A DNA stretch of 64,000 bases, from positions 10,235,617 through 10,299,616 of the forward strand of contig OZ199838.1 of assembly GCA_964304625.1 (NCBI GenBank), given 5' to 3'. The DNA is from Kudoa neothunni (lineage: Eukaryota; Animalia; Cnidaria). Below the pieces are notes generated by a model, which saw only the letters and a list, made by a program, of their open reading frames with translations, was not told the DNA's origin and did not search any database. How positions within the stretch are numbered: the stretch's first letter is position 1; each line of letters opens with the position of its first letter. This document shows, in pieces, positions 38,653 to 53,200 of this stretch. The translations under genes and the position numbers were made by a program.

Positions 38653-38676
38653 CAAGGGTCGGCAACCTGCGGCTCC
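38653..38676 (+). repeat. Isolated hAT (Charlie/Buster-type) terminal remnant
   Basis: CAAGGGTCGGCAACCTGCGGCTCC matches the familiar CAGGGGTCGGCAACCTGCGGCTC terminus. Similar orphan ends near 27031, 31663 and 32806. Confidence 0.55.
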
Positions 38677-39137
38677 CCACCTTATGTGCATAATATAAAC
38701 TACAATATCTAAGGTTAAAACGCGAAGAAATTATATAATTCCTAGTCGCTGAACTCATTATTACGTTCAAATTTTGAATTTTCATCAGACATAAATCATT
38801 TTTAATGGAAATATATGGGTATTGAAATGAATGTATGATACTCCAATTTCACCAACTTGAACTAATTTTCTTAATTTGCGACTGAACAGTTAAATATAGA
38901 AAGGAAAAATTCAGCAAAAACAAATAACTTATAAATATTAAAAATTCCTCATAGAACATTGTTCTATGCTCATGCAATAATTAACGAGGCAAGATAACTC
39001 TAAATATTCTCAATTTTATCTGAGTTTAAATCAAAAAGTTATTTTTTATCATTAATCAAAATTTATCCTTAATAATAAGGTTATTATTAAACTGAAACTA
39101 CTTATAAATTTTTCGATTATTATACACACATCCTTTA

Positions 39138-39180
39138 TCTACTATAGATATAAAGCTGAAGTGTCCGTGTGTGTGCGACA
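39138..39180 (+). repeat. Helitron-like 5' end remnant
   Basis: A|TCTACTATAGATATAAAGCTGAAGTGTCCGTGTGTGTG resembles 5' ends of animal non-autonomous Helitrons. No hairpin/CTAG 3' end found. Confidence 0.4.
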
Positions 39181-41625
39181 AATTTTTTTCCTTATAGATG
39201 GATATTTATGTAGCTTCTAATAATATACGATAATTTAAAAATTCTTTTATTTGTTATTACACATACATAATTTCAAAAATAATATAGAAATTTGTGTTGT
39301 CCTCGGTGTTAGGTTTGTTAAACAGATTACGTAATTTCGAGAATCTACTATGTATATATATATGGCATGTAATTTTTGACTCCTTTATGCATAGAGGAGT
39401 TTATATGCAAGTATGCGCAAACATCTCAATACCGCAAAAAACACAAATTAACATTACACAGTATATAATAAAATTATATTTTAGTTCCACCATTTTGATA
39501 TAACTATAATACCATCGAGATTTTTCCTCTCGAAAGAGATATTCTCTCCCCTGAAAGCACATGCCTAATCTTAGTCAAAATTTTTGCTGCAATTGAAGAC
39601 AACGGTAATTTTAAGAATCCAAAATACATATTTTTCTGCCCATTCGTATTAAGGCGCGCTTTCCGAAACAATTCGAAATAATAAACGTCGAACCAACCTG
39701 ATAAAATCGATGGTTTTAATCGAAAATTGTGTGCCCTAATTACAACATATATCTCTTAAAATTGAAGTGAAGTATAAGATTCATATTAATAGTGTAAAAC
39801 TAGATTCAAATTTACATTGCTTCTTTTATTTTGTATAATTTACTTCTTTAAAAATGATTATTCCAAAATTAATTGTTAAAAGATTTTTGTTGTTAAATAA
39901 CGAATATAATAACGATTTGAGATTGATTATATTGTTGCTATAAAAATTTCATGATAAAGGTTTTATGATAAAACGATTATAACTTTTTTTACAATTCAAA
40001 TAAATGAACCAAAAAAATTTATAAACTAAAAAAGTGATACTTTATTCTACATTTTTTTTAAAAATTTTATAATCGAAACGCCGATAATGATAGAGAAGAT
40101 AATTTATAATAAGATGTGCAAGGTTTAATTAAGCGGCTGAGTCGTATAGTTTTGAAACAACCCACTACTAAAAATATTATTAAGGCGTGTAATAAATGTA
40201 GAAGTTAATGTGTGCACAATAAAGTGGGTTTCCATCGGTTATTGGAAATTTAACGAAGATTTTACGTGTGCCGACGGTGTTGTATTCGGGACTTTGTACC
40301 AAAATTAGATGTTATCATAATCAGCTGAATACTTTCTCTCGGTATTCTTATATCTTAATATAAAAAATCGTGAAAGAATCCGCGAAAAACAATGCGCAGG
40401 GTGTTTTTTAGGTGCTACATCCTATTCTAAAACCACGCATCAAATATCGACGACATTATAATGGCTTAACAAAAATCATCTACAACTACTCCTAATTTAT
40501 AACTGAGTATAAATACAAGTCGTATTATTGGTAACAGCCTGATAGATATTTTTTCGCAAGCGAAAACTGATAATATCGGCGTTGATTGTTTACAATGAGG
40601 CAATCTTTAATATTTCAACATACACACAATAGACTCATTAATTTATGTAGTGGGAAAACGCAATAATTGGATTGCGAAGATATTTGAATATTCTAATTTA
40701 AAATTAACTCGAATTTAAAAAAATATTATAACTTCAAAATAAAATTTGGGCTAAAAACAGATATACAAAAGAGATCCTATGATCGATGGAGTGTGACAGA
40801 ATCAAGTAATTTAATGAGCTATTAACATTAATCCGGATCATTACCACAGAACTAACGATTAATCATTTTGGTGCGATATGCAGCTTAAGTAGATTAGAAA
40901 TCATAAACAATAAGCCTTTTCAATACACCATGACATTAGTTGATAATGTTTACTTCCCACAGTAATTATCAAACAGAATGCATGCTGTTGATATGAGGCG
41001 CCGAAAATATTATCGAAACACTTTTCTCACAATTTATTCTGACTAATTGGCACGATTAATTATTAGCAGTTTTAATTATTGATCCACCTTGGTATAAATA
41101 TTGTAACAATCAAACCGAATTACCATGATATTATGTTAGGCAATATTGTTTATGATCAGTTACCATGTGTGTTAGGTTGTGTTGTTAACATTGTCCTGTT
41201 TAAACCAGCCCATTGGAGTATTAATTGCGATTATGGAGTGTAGATTTAAAAAAATCTCGTAATTAAATCATAATAACTTAATGACCGGTTTAATGTAGGA
41301 CCATAATAGGCTTATAGGTCATAAGCTTAATTACATGCGTAATTGTACAGATAAATAGGATTCAATTTGTAGATTTAATTTCATTTACACGTGGTTTTTT
41401 TGAATCGAATTATCTATTATAATCAAAACTTAGACGTAGGTGATGCATTGATTTTATTTTTTTAAAACGTTTTTTTCAGGTTTGTCAGGTGACTTAACCG
41501 CCTATTACGCATCTCTTTTTAACTGTTTGTTGTCGTGCACCGTATTGTTTTCTCTTAAATTAATCTTGTTAAATTACCAGATTAACGTCTACGGTTCACT
41601 GTCAGTGCTAGTTGACTTGATCATC

Positions 41626-42846
41626 ATGAACGAGAATTATTCACCCGCTTCACACGATGAGAATTTCACTGGGATCCCTCTAGATAACCAAGAAAATATA
41701 CACACTAATAACACCGAAGATTTGAATGTGAAGGATGAAAACGATTTTGCTGCTCACATTAATCATCTTTACAATGGAGAACCTAGTGTAACAATGGTTG
41801 CACAGGACAACATCACCCAACATTTGGTTGTTCCTTACAAGGAGTTGTCCTCCACAATCGATGATGTTCACGCCAAGTCGAATCACTCTTCCATTAAAGA
41901 TCGCTCAAACACATCCCTCCATGACAACTGTAATTCCTTAATATGCTAAAGTATTAGTGGGTTTTTATTCAACTTAAAGAAAGTCTTATCGGTTTAATCT
42001 AATTTGGGATTAGTAATTGAAGTTTTGTTACGGTTAATTGGTAGTAGGTCACGATTCTTATTTTCACATGTATTAGCTCTTCATCGAAAACGACGCGAAA
42101 GAACATCATTCACCAAAGGCCAGTTGAGCATTCTACAGTCGATTTACGAAAAAACAAGATATCCTGATGCGTCTCTTCGAGAAGAAGTTGCAGCCCGAGT
42201 GAATCTTCCGGAATCACGAATCCAAGTATGGTTTAAAAATCGTCGAGCCAAATCCCGCAAAGAGGAATTGAATGCCAGCACTACAACCTCAAACAATGTG
42301 TCTATGAATATGTCCAACATTGACAGCAGTGTGCTCAACAACTCCACCCATGACAACCTCTCCAGCGGAGGTACAGATGATAAAAATTCCTCCTACTCAG
42401 TGGTTACACCTTCTGGCAGTGGTTCCACTATTCCTGTGGCACCAAATGGCAATCCATTGCCCTCACTTGTTCAAGTGATACATCCTCCAGGAATGAACCA
42501 CACCAAACTGAATCCTGTAATGTTACCGAACTTGCATTTTCAACCACAACAACCCCCAATCCCTTCCGCCCATCACCATCATCAGCAACCTCAAATGGGC
42601 AACTATCCTTACTTTTATCATCATCATCATCCATACATACCTAATACTCAACCATGGGCTCATTACTATAACAACCAGACCGCAATGCAAACGGCAGTTC
42701 CATCAAGACCAACTTCGCAAGTATCGGATCGTAGCCCACCCACTGCTCCCAACACCAATAATGGCGCCACCGGAAATGCTAATAATGCCGTTTCTCATCA
42801 TGCGGCCCCTCTCTCATCCTCCACTTATTCAAATAACAATATGTAA
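41626..42846 (+). CDS. Otx: Orthodenticle-family (PRD class, K50) homeobox transcription factor, 2 coding exons (41626-41929, 42077-42846)
   Basis: Homeodomain [54 protein letters not shown] has K50 and the Otx-type KTRYPD/NLPESR segments. Phase-1 intron just upstream of the homeobox. Pro/His/Gln-rich C-terminus. Confidence 0.93.
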
Positions 42847-43385
42847 TGTTGTAACATTTATTTTAAATATCTCGATTTTAATGTTTTGTTATCGTCTGTT
42901 ATATTTCGTTATTGTGCCCAGCCTTCGATCTATTTATCTGCAGTAGGATACTAACGTTTTGTGCGTTGTTGCTGTTAGGTAACTTTATGAGGTTTTAAGG
43001 AATGGAATAAATGCGGTCAGTTTTAATATAATTTTTTATCTGAAGCTATAATATAATGAGCTCTCTTATCGTTTGGATCTTTTCCAGTGTGGGTTTTTAA
43101 ACCATTTAAAATTGGAAATTCATTAAATTGCGCATGTCGCGAAAAATTTGTAATTTCTCAGTAAGATACACTGTGGAATAACTGCACGCCGTATTTAGTC
43201 AGCCCTCATATTACGTATTATTTATTATTTCAATGAAGCAGATTATTTTTGATTTATAGCTAATTTCGTAAAATGTTTAATTCAATAAACTGATATACAG
43301 TAGTGCAGGGATATTACGCACTTATTGGTGCAAAACTTTTAGGTGCGTAGTATCCTGGTGGCGCGTTGTCGTTTTTTCTATTTAA

Positions 43386-46300
43386 CCCTCCAACGACATT
43401 GGAGTGTGCTACACCCAAATCGACTTTAATCTGGCCATAACTTCTTACACTTCGCATTAAATAATTCGAAGTTCTGACTATTCTCATAATATTTTAAGTT
43501 ACATAAGTTGAGGAAAGCTTACAAGAAAAAACTTACCTCTAACGCTAACAACATTGGGATGTATTTCACCCCAGATTTTTGTTGGATACATTTAGTTTAA
43601 ATATTATTATAAAACGTTTTGTAAAATTATATTATATTCTAATGAAAGATTTCGGAGGAAAATCTTAACAATATCATAGATTAATCCCCTATAATCTTAT
43701 TCGGACGGCATTACCATTGCATCGTATATTTTCGTTATTTACGTGGAACGTGATCCCCCTTGTTTCTCACCTAAATTGATCCATATTTAATAAATGTTAT
43801 TTTATTTTTTTATATATTTTAAATTTAAATATTCACTGTTTTATAAAATTTTAGGAAATTATCTAAAACACAATGGACGATGTATTCTCAAAGGTTAAAG
43901 GGGCGAAAATTTATAATATGGTAGAATTTAACTCTTAGAACGTCATGTTTTATTTGATTTAAACAGAAGTTGTGAAAATTATTATTTATTTTAATTTGTA
44001 AGTTAAAATGCGACAGATAACCTAACAAACAACATTATGAAATACACGCGGTTGGCTTGATTTAAAAAGTTAATATGAGCAGCGATTTTTCGGAATTTAT
44101 TGAGGAGCTCGAATCATATGGTAGTAACGTCGAAGACTCCTTACATGAGTTTCTAGAATCATTTGAAGAATGCTATGAAATCGAACGTAACCAAGACTCC
44201 GCTGAAGGGAAATGTGGGTTGATTGGAGCCTAATTAAACCACCTGTTTCAAAAACATCAATTGAAAAAATTATGAATTGTATTTCTGGACCAACAGTTTA
44301 CTGCATTCAACGCATTCAACGCATACAACAAGTTTTGGATTGTTTCTTGATATTCTTTAATGGAGATATTTATGAAGAAATTATTAAAAAAACCAATACG
44401 CTTGGATATGATTATTTTAAGGATTCATTGAAAGAAGTTGATGATGTCGAATTTAAAGGGTATCTAGGAATGCTTATCTTAATGGAAATTAATCAAGAGA
44501 GAGCAGAACCTTTGCATGAACTTTTTAGTTTGTCCGAACGGAAGCAAATTTATCATCAGCTTTTTTCTCAAACTCGTTTTTTACAAATATAAAGGGCACT
44601 ACACTTTGACAATAGAGGCAAAAGAATGAAAAGAAGTGTTGGAGTTGGCGAAAGCATTGTTCTTTCATTTGCATCTCCATTGTACAATTCTGGGAGGAAC
44701 ATTGTTGCAGATAATTTTTTTTTCGTCGCTACCACTGGCATCAAAGTTGCTGCAAAAACACCTTACTTATCTTGGAACTATAAGGAACAGGGAGTTGCAT
44801 AGTACCATATTCCTCTTCCATGAGAAAAATATGATAACATCATATGTTCTCAAAAAAGGAAAGGCCGTTAATTTGCCATCAACTGGAACAAATAATTCCA
44901 ACATAGGAAGTCCACGAAACGACAACAAACCACACGTTATAGAGCATCACAATAACACTAAAGGTGGCTTCGATACTGTTGATAAGATGATATCTTCAGT
45001 TTCTGTCCATAGGCTCTGCCAGATGACCAGTCGTCATATTTTATAATTTGATTGACAACTCATGAATAAAAGTCTTCTCCATTTATAAAAATATTTGCCA
45101 AGAAGACCCCCAAAAAAGAAGAGTTTTTTAAAAGAATTGGCAAAATTATTGTATAGGCCAGTTCTTAGTAGAAATACCAAAATTGAAGAAGTAATCAAAA
45201 GGACTCATCTATCCATTCTAACCAAACATAATTTTCCTCGAAAAAACGACTTTATCTTGTGAAATCTGTCAACGATATGATTTAAAATATTACTCATCAA
45301 AACCCTGTTTGTATTGCTCAGAATGAACAATTAATTTGATTCTATATTATATTCTATTTAGTCGTCTATTTATCTTAGCCAAAAATACACATTTCATTCG
45401 CTGGCCACGTTTATATAAGTTTTCGAACGTTTTTCGGGGGTAAAATTTACCCCACTTTTTCATTAGTTTAATGTAAAGGGTATCTTATAAAAAATCAAAT
45501 AATAAATTATTCGTTACATCAAACGAGTAGATTTGAAGAAAACAGCGAACAAAATGACTAGTTGGACCATGAGCATGTGCACCTTGTGTATACTTCTAAA
45601 TGAACGACGTGAGTGATTTCATTGACGAATATACTTCATCTGGAAATGAATTTGACAATCATGTTATTGATGAAACGATATATCGGACGAAGAAATAGAT
45701 CCCATAGATATTAATGATAATAATTTAAAAAGTAAAAGCGGAATTACTTGGAGTTTACCAAAGTCACTTACGAGAAAAACCTATGCCGAAAACAATGAAT
45801 TCCATCCTTGGTGCCATTTCATATGCAGTATCAAAAATATAACCATTCATGATTGTTTTTTGTTAAATATTACCTCCGAATTCGGTAGTATTATCATAAG
45901 GTATGCAAAAATGTGCTTGGAAATCATTATTTCAATGATGGGTGACATAATACCAATGAAATTGAATTTGAAGATTATGTAGGCCTTCTAATACTAATAG
46001 CTATTCATAAAGGTAAACAATTACCACTGATAATACTGTCATCGATGCGTCTAAAAATTTAAACCTCATACGATAATGCATTACTATGCAACCAAGGGTG
46101 GGGTTGGTAATGTGGATAGAATGTTGGCATCAATTTCTACCCAGCGGTTTAAAAGATGACCAATTATCGTCTTTTCATATGATTGATATCTCGTCGATTA
46201 ATGCATTTGCATCATTAAATGACATATTTAATTTAGAGAAAAAATTAAGGAGAAACTTTTTGAAAGAGATTTCTTAAGAATTGTACAATTCATTGTAAAT

Positions 46301-46567
46301 AGAATCTACGGAAAAGTTATCAAAAGAAATTCAAATAAACCTGATATCCGAATAAAGAACCAAGTTTAAATAAAAAATCGTCATGCTGAGATTATTCGGC
46401 ATAATTAGTACAATATTCCAATGATTCTATTCGTTTAAATTTAATAATATTTTGTATTCATCAATCAATTATTTTTTTACACACATCCGCGAAATAAAAA
46501 AGTGGGGTAATTTTTACCCCAAAAGCAAAAGTGTTACATGGGTACCGTTTTTGATATTGTTAGAGGG
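43386..46567 (+). mobile_element. Composite degenerate piggyBac: two tandem transposase relics inside one TIR pair
   Basis: TTAA|CCCTCCAACGACAT ... ATATTGTTAGAGGG|TTAA. Relic 1 at about 44076-45300 (ADNFF, HNNTKGGFDTVDKM). Relic 2 at about 45570-46400 (HYYATKGGVG..D). Confidence 0.88.
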
Positions 46568-47247
46568 TTAAAAACACAATGAAAATGGAATATGCCTATT
46601 ATTATAACTTATAATATTTAAAAATGATATAAAAACATGGAGTTTTATATAACTACGTTTATCGAAAAGAGAATAACAGAATATTCACCTGAGCGCGTGA
46701 GCGACACAACAAAAGTGGTTAAGTGATCAGACTTACTCTGTATCCACCTTGAAAGGAACGCCCAAATGTAATTAACCGCTGTAATACTTTCGAATGAAGC
46801 GGGATGTCGAATTTTTTTAAATTTGAAAGAGGAAACACTGATTTAGTTTATTTTATCAGTAAATGTTGCGAAATTGAAAGTTAATAATAATTTTCTCAAC
46901 CATTTTAGGTTTAAATCAATAATACAACTGTTCACTTATTAAATCACTTATATATTCTTGACGTTAGTATTTTTTACGTTAATGAAATTAATCCTACAAA
47001 TTGATTTTAATTCTAGCATTAGACAATATGCCTTAAACGTCATTTTATGCCTCAAGAAGTTTATATTGACATAGTAGATAGTCATTTAGTACCATTAAAA
47101 ATACATCACAATTAGAAATTATTGTTTAAAATCATAAATCGAGTTCCGAAGAATTCTTCGATTACTAGAGCAAAGTTAATGGTAAAATAAAGAAAAAACA
47201 GCTGCTTGAAAAATACGCTAAGAATAATTAGAAACAAATCATTACAA

Positions 47248-50200
47248 TTAGGTGGATTTTTTAACAGAGGTTTCATTTACAACACCTTGATTAACAATTG
47301 AGGTAAAGTCATCCACATGAAGTGATGGAAGTCTGCTAGTTGAGCATTTGTTCTTTCTCCAGCTATCCATTTGGACTTGAGCTTTGGCTGAAGTGATAGC
47401 TTTATTCATTGCAAGCAAACTGTTATTGATAAGAGAAACTGTAAAGTTGGTTTCTTGGATTACCGGAGCTGCCCTATTTATTGTAAATATTTCATCTACA
47501 ACTATCGAAACAACAACCAAATACATTTTCAACTGGCTTTTTCTTGGAATAGCAATAAGCGAACTACACAATAGGCTTATTCGATTTTTGGTTTCAAGTT
47601 TGAGATTTTCGCACAATTGTATAAATTCATGCAACTTGAAGGGCTCCACCGGTAATTGTCTTTTAATGGAATCGCTAGAACTCGCAGAAAAATGCATTTT
47701 CGAGGAAAAGTGTGAAGAAATGATTTCGTTGTAGGAAGGAGAACTTTCTCTTAATTTGTCATAGGAAGTTTTGAGTGAAATATCGACAGATTCCGGCATG
47801 TTAAACAGCGCTGAATAGTCCAAACTAGTTAAAGATTATTCATTTTGAATAAGAAACATTAAAATACTTGCAAAAGTTAAAATTATTTTTCGAGACCAAA
47901 TCAGTGAAATGGTTTAGTAGAACGCCAACTTGACTAGGTTGTAGCGACATAAAATCCTACAAAAAATTGACAGTATGAATTTTGAAAATAGATATATAAA
48001 TATACGCTTTGTAGAATATTACTGATTGATTGATTTTGATCTATGGGGAAAATGGTGTGCAGTAGTTTCCCACAAAGTATTTGTATTTTATCATTACTAA
48101 AATATTCATATGTGAATCGTTAAATAATACAAAATTACATAACAGAAGAAATATTTAGTCTATACAAAATGATGGGAATAATCTTATAGAGAAATGAAAT
48201 GTATAATTAATGAAATAATCATAACGATTATTATTTATTTATTCGAAAAATATTTCTAATAATTCAAACGCTTAATAACTGCCAACTAATTTTAATCATT
48301 CGAAAGCAAGCAATACCATTTATTTTTAGCGGAATTTATAAGGTGTGACAAAAGTGAATAGTGCTTGCTGATTTTGTGTACAACAGCTAATTTAAGGAGA
48401 GAATCCGCTGTGCAGAGATTGACCAGAAGCTGAAGAATAGCCATGTTTGAGGATAACCAAGCTGACTCCATAGCTGCATCCAACTCACAAGAAGCATAAC
48501 AATCCAGTGATTTGTATAGTCTTTCAATAATAACACTGACAAGGCCGATATCGTTTGGATCGAATACCTTCAATGAAAAAGTTAAAGCCTAATAATTATT
48601 CGACGAATTTACGGAAAAATAATTGGAAAATGAAGCACAATTTGTGAAGCAATCATCAAGTATTTTCTAAAAAGGAAGATCAATCTGATGGAAACTAGGA
48701 AGTAAAAAGTTAGATTGTGTGGTTATATGTTGAGGCAACTTAACAGTATCAAAGTAATTCGAAGAGAGTTGAATTACAATAAAAAGGGTATCTCTTTGAA
48801 GTTTTATATTGGTTTGTTGTTGAACACCTAGCAGGCTGGCTATGACATGAATCAATTGTTCTTTTCTAGTAAAATCAAAACTATCATCTTCAAATTGGTA
48901 GATACTACAAATTTGCGTTTAATTGTATGTATCATTATAGAATATTTAGTTATTGATTACTTGGATAAATGCTTTAATAGTACAACCGCATTGAAAGGGC
49001 ATTTAATCAATAAAGCCAAATTTCGAAGGTAATTAATCAATGAAAACCCTCGGTTGCTAAATTATTATTTAAAAAAATAAGACCACATTAGACCACCTAT
49101 CTAAATTATCCTCATTGCTGTTTGTGTTAGCATAATCCCAGGTCGAAATTATTTTATCCAACACAAAACTATGAAACCATTGAAATATAATTCGAAGATA
49201 TAATTGATCACCTTGTAATTAAACTTGCTAATTTATTTCCTTTGTATGTTAATAGAATCATTGTATTCGAACAATACTCGTTAAGCAATGTATTATGGGT
49301 GCTTAGACACAAATTAATCAGCCAGCTAAATTCCTTCCAATAACATATGGTAATGTTCTGCCACACATGATCATCAAAGGAATGATTAGCGCAATTAATA
49401 AGTATATCATGTAGCATCATCAACGAATATGGAATAATCTAAAATATTAGAACTAAAACTTAGGTGAGGAGGATAAGTTGATTGACTTCGAAACTTGATT
49501 TAATAAATTTGAACAGAGTTCTAACACAGTAATGATGACTTGAAAGGAGATGCACTTGATTGGTATTATGAGTAAGATCTAAAATTACGATAAAATGTAT
49601 TTTATAAAATGAACGCGATTGTTGTATTATTGTGTATTGTCATGAGGAGACTAACGGAGAAAATCTATGCATATCAAAGATATTAGTCTTCTATCATTAC
49701 TACAGTTAAAATTTTTGGTCAATTGAGGCAAGATCAGTTTCTATGAACCCACAATATTTGAGTGTTTTCCCCACATCATTACCACACAGGGAACACAATT
49801 AAATACTATCAAATCCATTAAGTTAGAAATTATTCTCCCTCATAACAACATCCGATTGATTTTAAAATCCAGTAATTACAACAAGGAGAAACAATATGCT
49901 CGGAGAGATAGCCATAAAGGAGTTGCTGACACCTCGATATCAATTGGTCCATATCGACGTCGGTTGGACAAACAAATGAAATCAAATGATCATTATGTTT
50001 GATCAATAATGAATACACGTTTATGAGTAGAAATGATTTGAGAAGTTTACGATCAAAATTAGCCATTTTAGAGTGTTTAGATTTTTCATTTAGAGACACA
50101 CAGTCAAGTAAACTATTAGTGGTAGTGATGGAGGTAGGCAACAACAGCTGTAAAATAATAACAATAAGATTGAGTGATTTGATCACCAATCTTCCCAGAG

Positions 50201-53200
50201 TGTCACATCGAAAGTAACCCATAGATGAAACAACAATCTGTAGCTGCTTGGAGAATAATGCTACAATGCTCACCACATCCATGCCAACCAATTCCAACGC
50301 CAATTGAATACGAACACTTTCTTCAGAAATACCTACAATCATACAAGTTGTAAAAACTTTTCCATTCAATTCTTATAGCCATACGCAAAGAGGAGGAATC
50401 TTTATTTTTTATTTTCCGAGACAAGTCAGCAACCAATAGGGCCAAGGATAAGTAAAGTTTTTTTGCACGTTCAACATTCAGCACATAGTTACTGAGGATG
50501 CTTAACATTACAAAAACACATTAACGTTAAGTTGGCACTAATATGACATAAGTTAATAAATTACTCCTTCGCAAAATAACACATGTCCGCTGCGTAATCG
50601 TTAATGTCTGAAATGTGAAGTAATGGTAAAAACCACTCGGTAACAGGTTTGAGAAGATTGTTTTCATCGGTTTTAATTAGGGCACAAATGATGGGAATAT
50701 TTTTAATTAGGCAATTACATGTATCATCGTAATCTACTAGAATTAGTTGGATAAATATCAACAAAGATTTTACCATTTAAAAATGTAAATAAAATAAAGA
50801 CAGCATAGCAAGCTGTGATTGGTTTCACTTTAGTTTCGGATTTATCTGTTTTATTCACTAAACCAACCCATCGTAAAAATCATTTTATATGAAGATGTGG
50901 TGCCAAAATTACTCGTGGTGTGAAGTAGAATGCAAATATAACGAAAAGTGCTGGGCTTCGCAATCGCTCTCAATACACTATCACAAGCAAGCTTACTCTG
51001 AAGCATTATTCGAATTAATGAATGAAATGCTGCTATCAATTCTGGTGATTCAACGTCATCTATCACTAAACAGCTTTCAATGTCGATCAAATAAATTTCT
51101 GAAATATACAAAAATCTTTTTCATTCGCAAAACATTTTTTCAAATTTTCAACCGACTGAAACACCTTTGGAAATTGAATGTACGTATGTAGAAATTACAA
51201 ATATACTTGTAACTCAAACAGAAATAAATTCACAAATTTAGGCCAACTTATTTCATTTAATAGAGTTATATCATTTAGGACTCTCTAATATAACGAAGTA
51301 ATATAACATTATAAATTACGCTTATTAAACGTTCGGTATTGTAAAATATAAATTTTGAAGCCTTTTCTTTATGTATTTTCAGAATTATTTAGATTACTTT
51401 AAAAATTGGTTTGTCTTCCGAATCAACAAGTTCTGGCTAAAATAAATAATATTAATGATTATTCATTAATAATACAAAATTAAATAAAAGATAAAAAAAT
51501 GAATCGAGACAATTAGAAAATTATTAATTTGTTTATTAAAAATAAAATTATAAGTTACACATTAAAGAAAAGGTAAATTGGATAATCATCTAGACAAAAA
51601 AATGAATAGATTTAAATAATAAATGAATTACCCAATTAAATAATTAATTGTCATGGTAACGCTAAATTAAGTTTTAACCGAGATTATCGAATTAAAAATA
51701 CAATTAAATATTAAACCAGTCAAAAATGTTGACAAAGATATCAAATTGAACAATTAAAAGCTAAATTCACGAATATAGAATTGATAACATTTAAAATAGA
51801 AAAAACATAAAATATCTATTTAAAAAATAAAATAAACGCAAAACTGACAAAAAACTACTTAAATCATTTTTTAAAATGCATATGCATGAACAAATAAATA
51901 ACTAACGGGAAATTGCACCAATAAATATTCGATCTAATATTTAATTAATCAATTAACTGTCTAATGAATAGTTAATTTATTAATCCTCAAATACCTGGAG
52001 GTGGCCACTGTGGCCAATCAGCACTCATTGTATCAATAACTTTTACAAAATATTTTATTTCCTTTTTTCCCAAGTGTATTTTGTAGTATAATGGTGCTTT
52101 TAAAAATATTTAAATAATGGAGTTTAAGTTTGATTTTTTCGCTTAAAATAATAAAAAGACAAAAACTTACACACATACCTGAACATGCTCATTATGACCA
52201 CCATATAAACAATAACGTTTAGATAGTTGAAATATATAAAAATTATAAATGTACATTGAAACAAGGAATTTTTTAAAAATTCATTTTTTCGTTTCTATAC
52301 CAACTTGATTCTGTTAACTAATTTAATATGGCATGGGAATCGCGCATATTTTAATAATTTTGTTAAATTACATATCAACAAAAAATATTAAGTAAAATAT
52401 AGTTGTTTAAAGTTTAATTTAGATCATCTAATCATAACTTAAATTCAAAATCCAAAAATCCTTAAATTATGTATATATATATATTTCTTATTCATAATTA
52501 ATTTGTAACGTCAAATTTCAGGTTATAAAATACGAATTTATATATTTAATATTTTCTGTCAACAGGGAAAGAGCTTTCATCATAAAATCATGGATATTGA
52601 GAATAAAAAAAACCTTAGATGTTAAAATAATAATAATAATAAGAAAATGCGAAAAATTGTGCGATAATAAAACAGTTTGTTTCTAATTTTTCGCGCTATT
52701 CAAAGTATATACAGGCATAATTATTCCCGGCCTTCGCGCGTGAGCAAATAACGTCACAAAAATACATCGTTGATTTATTTTCACTGAATTTATTATATGT
52801 TAAAATGTAGAAAATAACGTGAATAATTACGTTCTTATCCTTACACACAATGATTTTTGTTATTTTAATACATTTTTGTGTGTCGTGGCAGTGACCATCT
52901 CCAGGTATTCGTGTAACTTTTTTCCTCGAGTGTTCGGAGGTTAAATTAATCGGTTAATTGATGATGAACCAAATACTAAATATGTCGTCAGTTGAAAAAA
53001 ATGAATAGTTAATTAAAAACAAAAATCAACTAATTACCATGACGATACAATTACACGAACGAATCTAATTTAGTAATTTCGAGTTATTCGGGGTTAACAC
53101 AAAATCTTTGTATACAACTAATTTCTGATAAATATATCTCAATTAATTGAAACAAAAAATATACAAATAGTAGGTTCTTTTAGATTATTTATGCTTTAGT

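Noticed and set aside
42144-42634. Antisense ORFs over Otx (similar shadows at 47384, 49999, 59644 and 60331)
   Set aside because: These are antisense shadows of real coding exons with no independent evidence.
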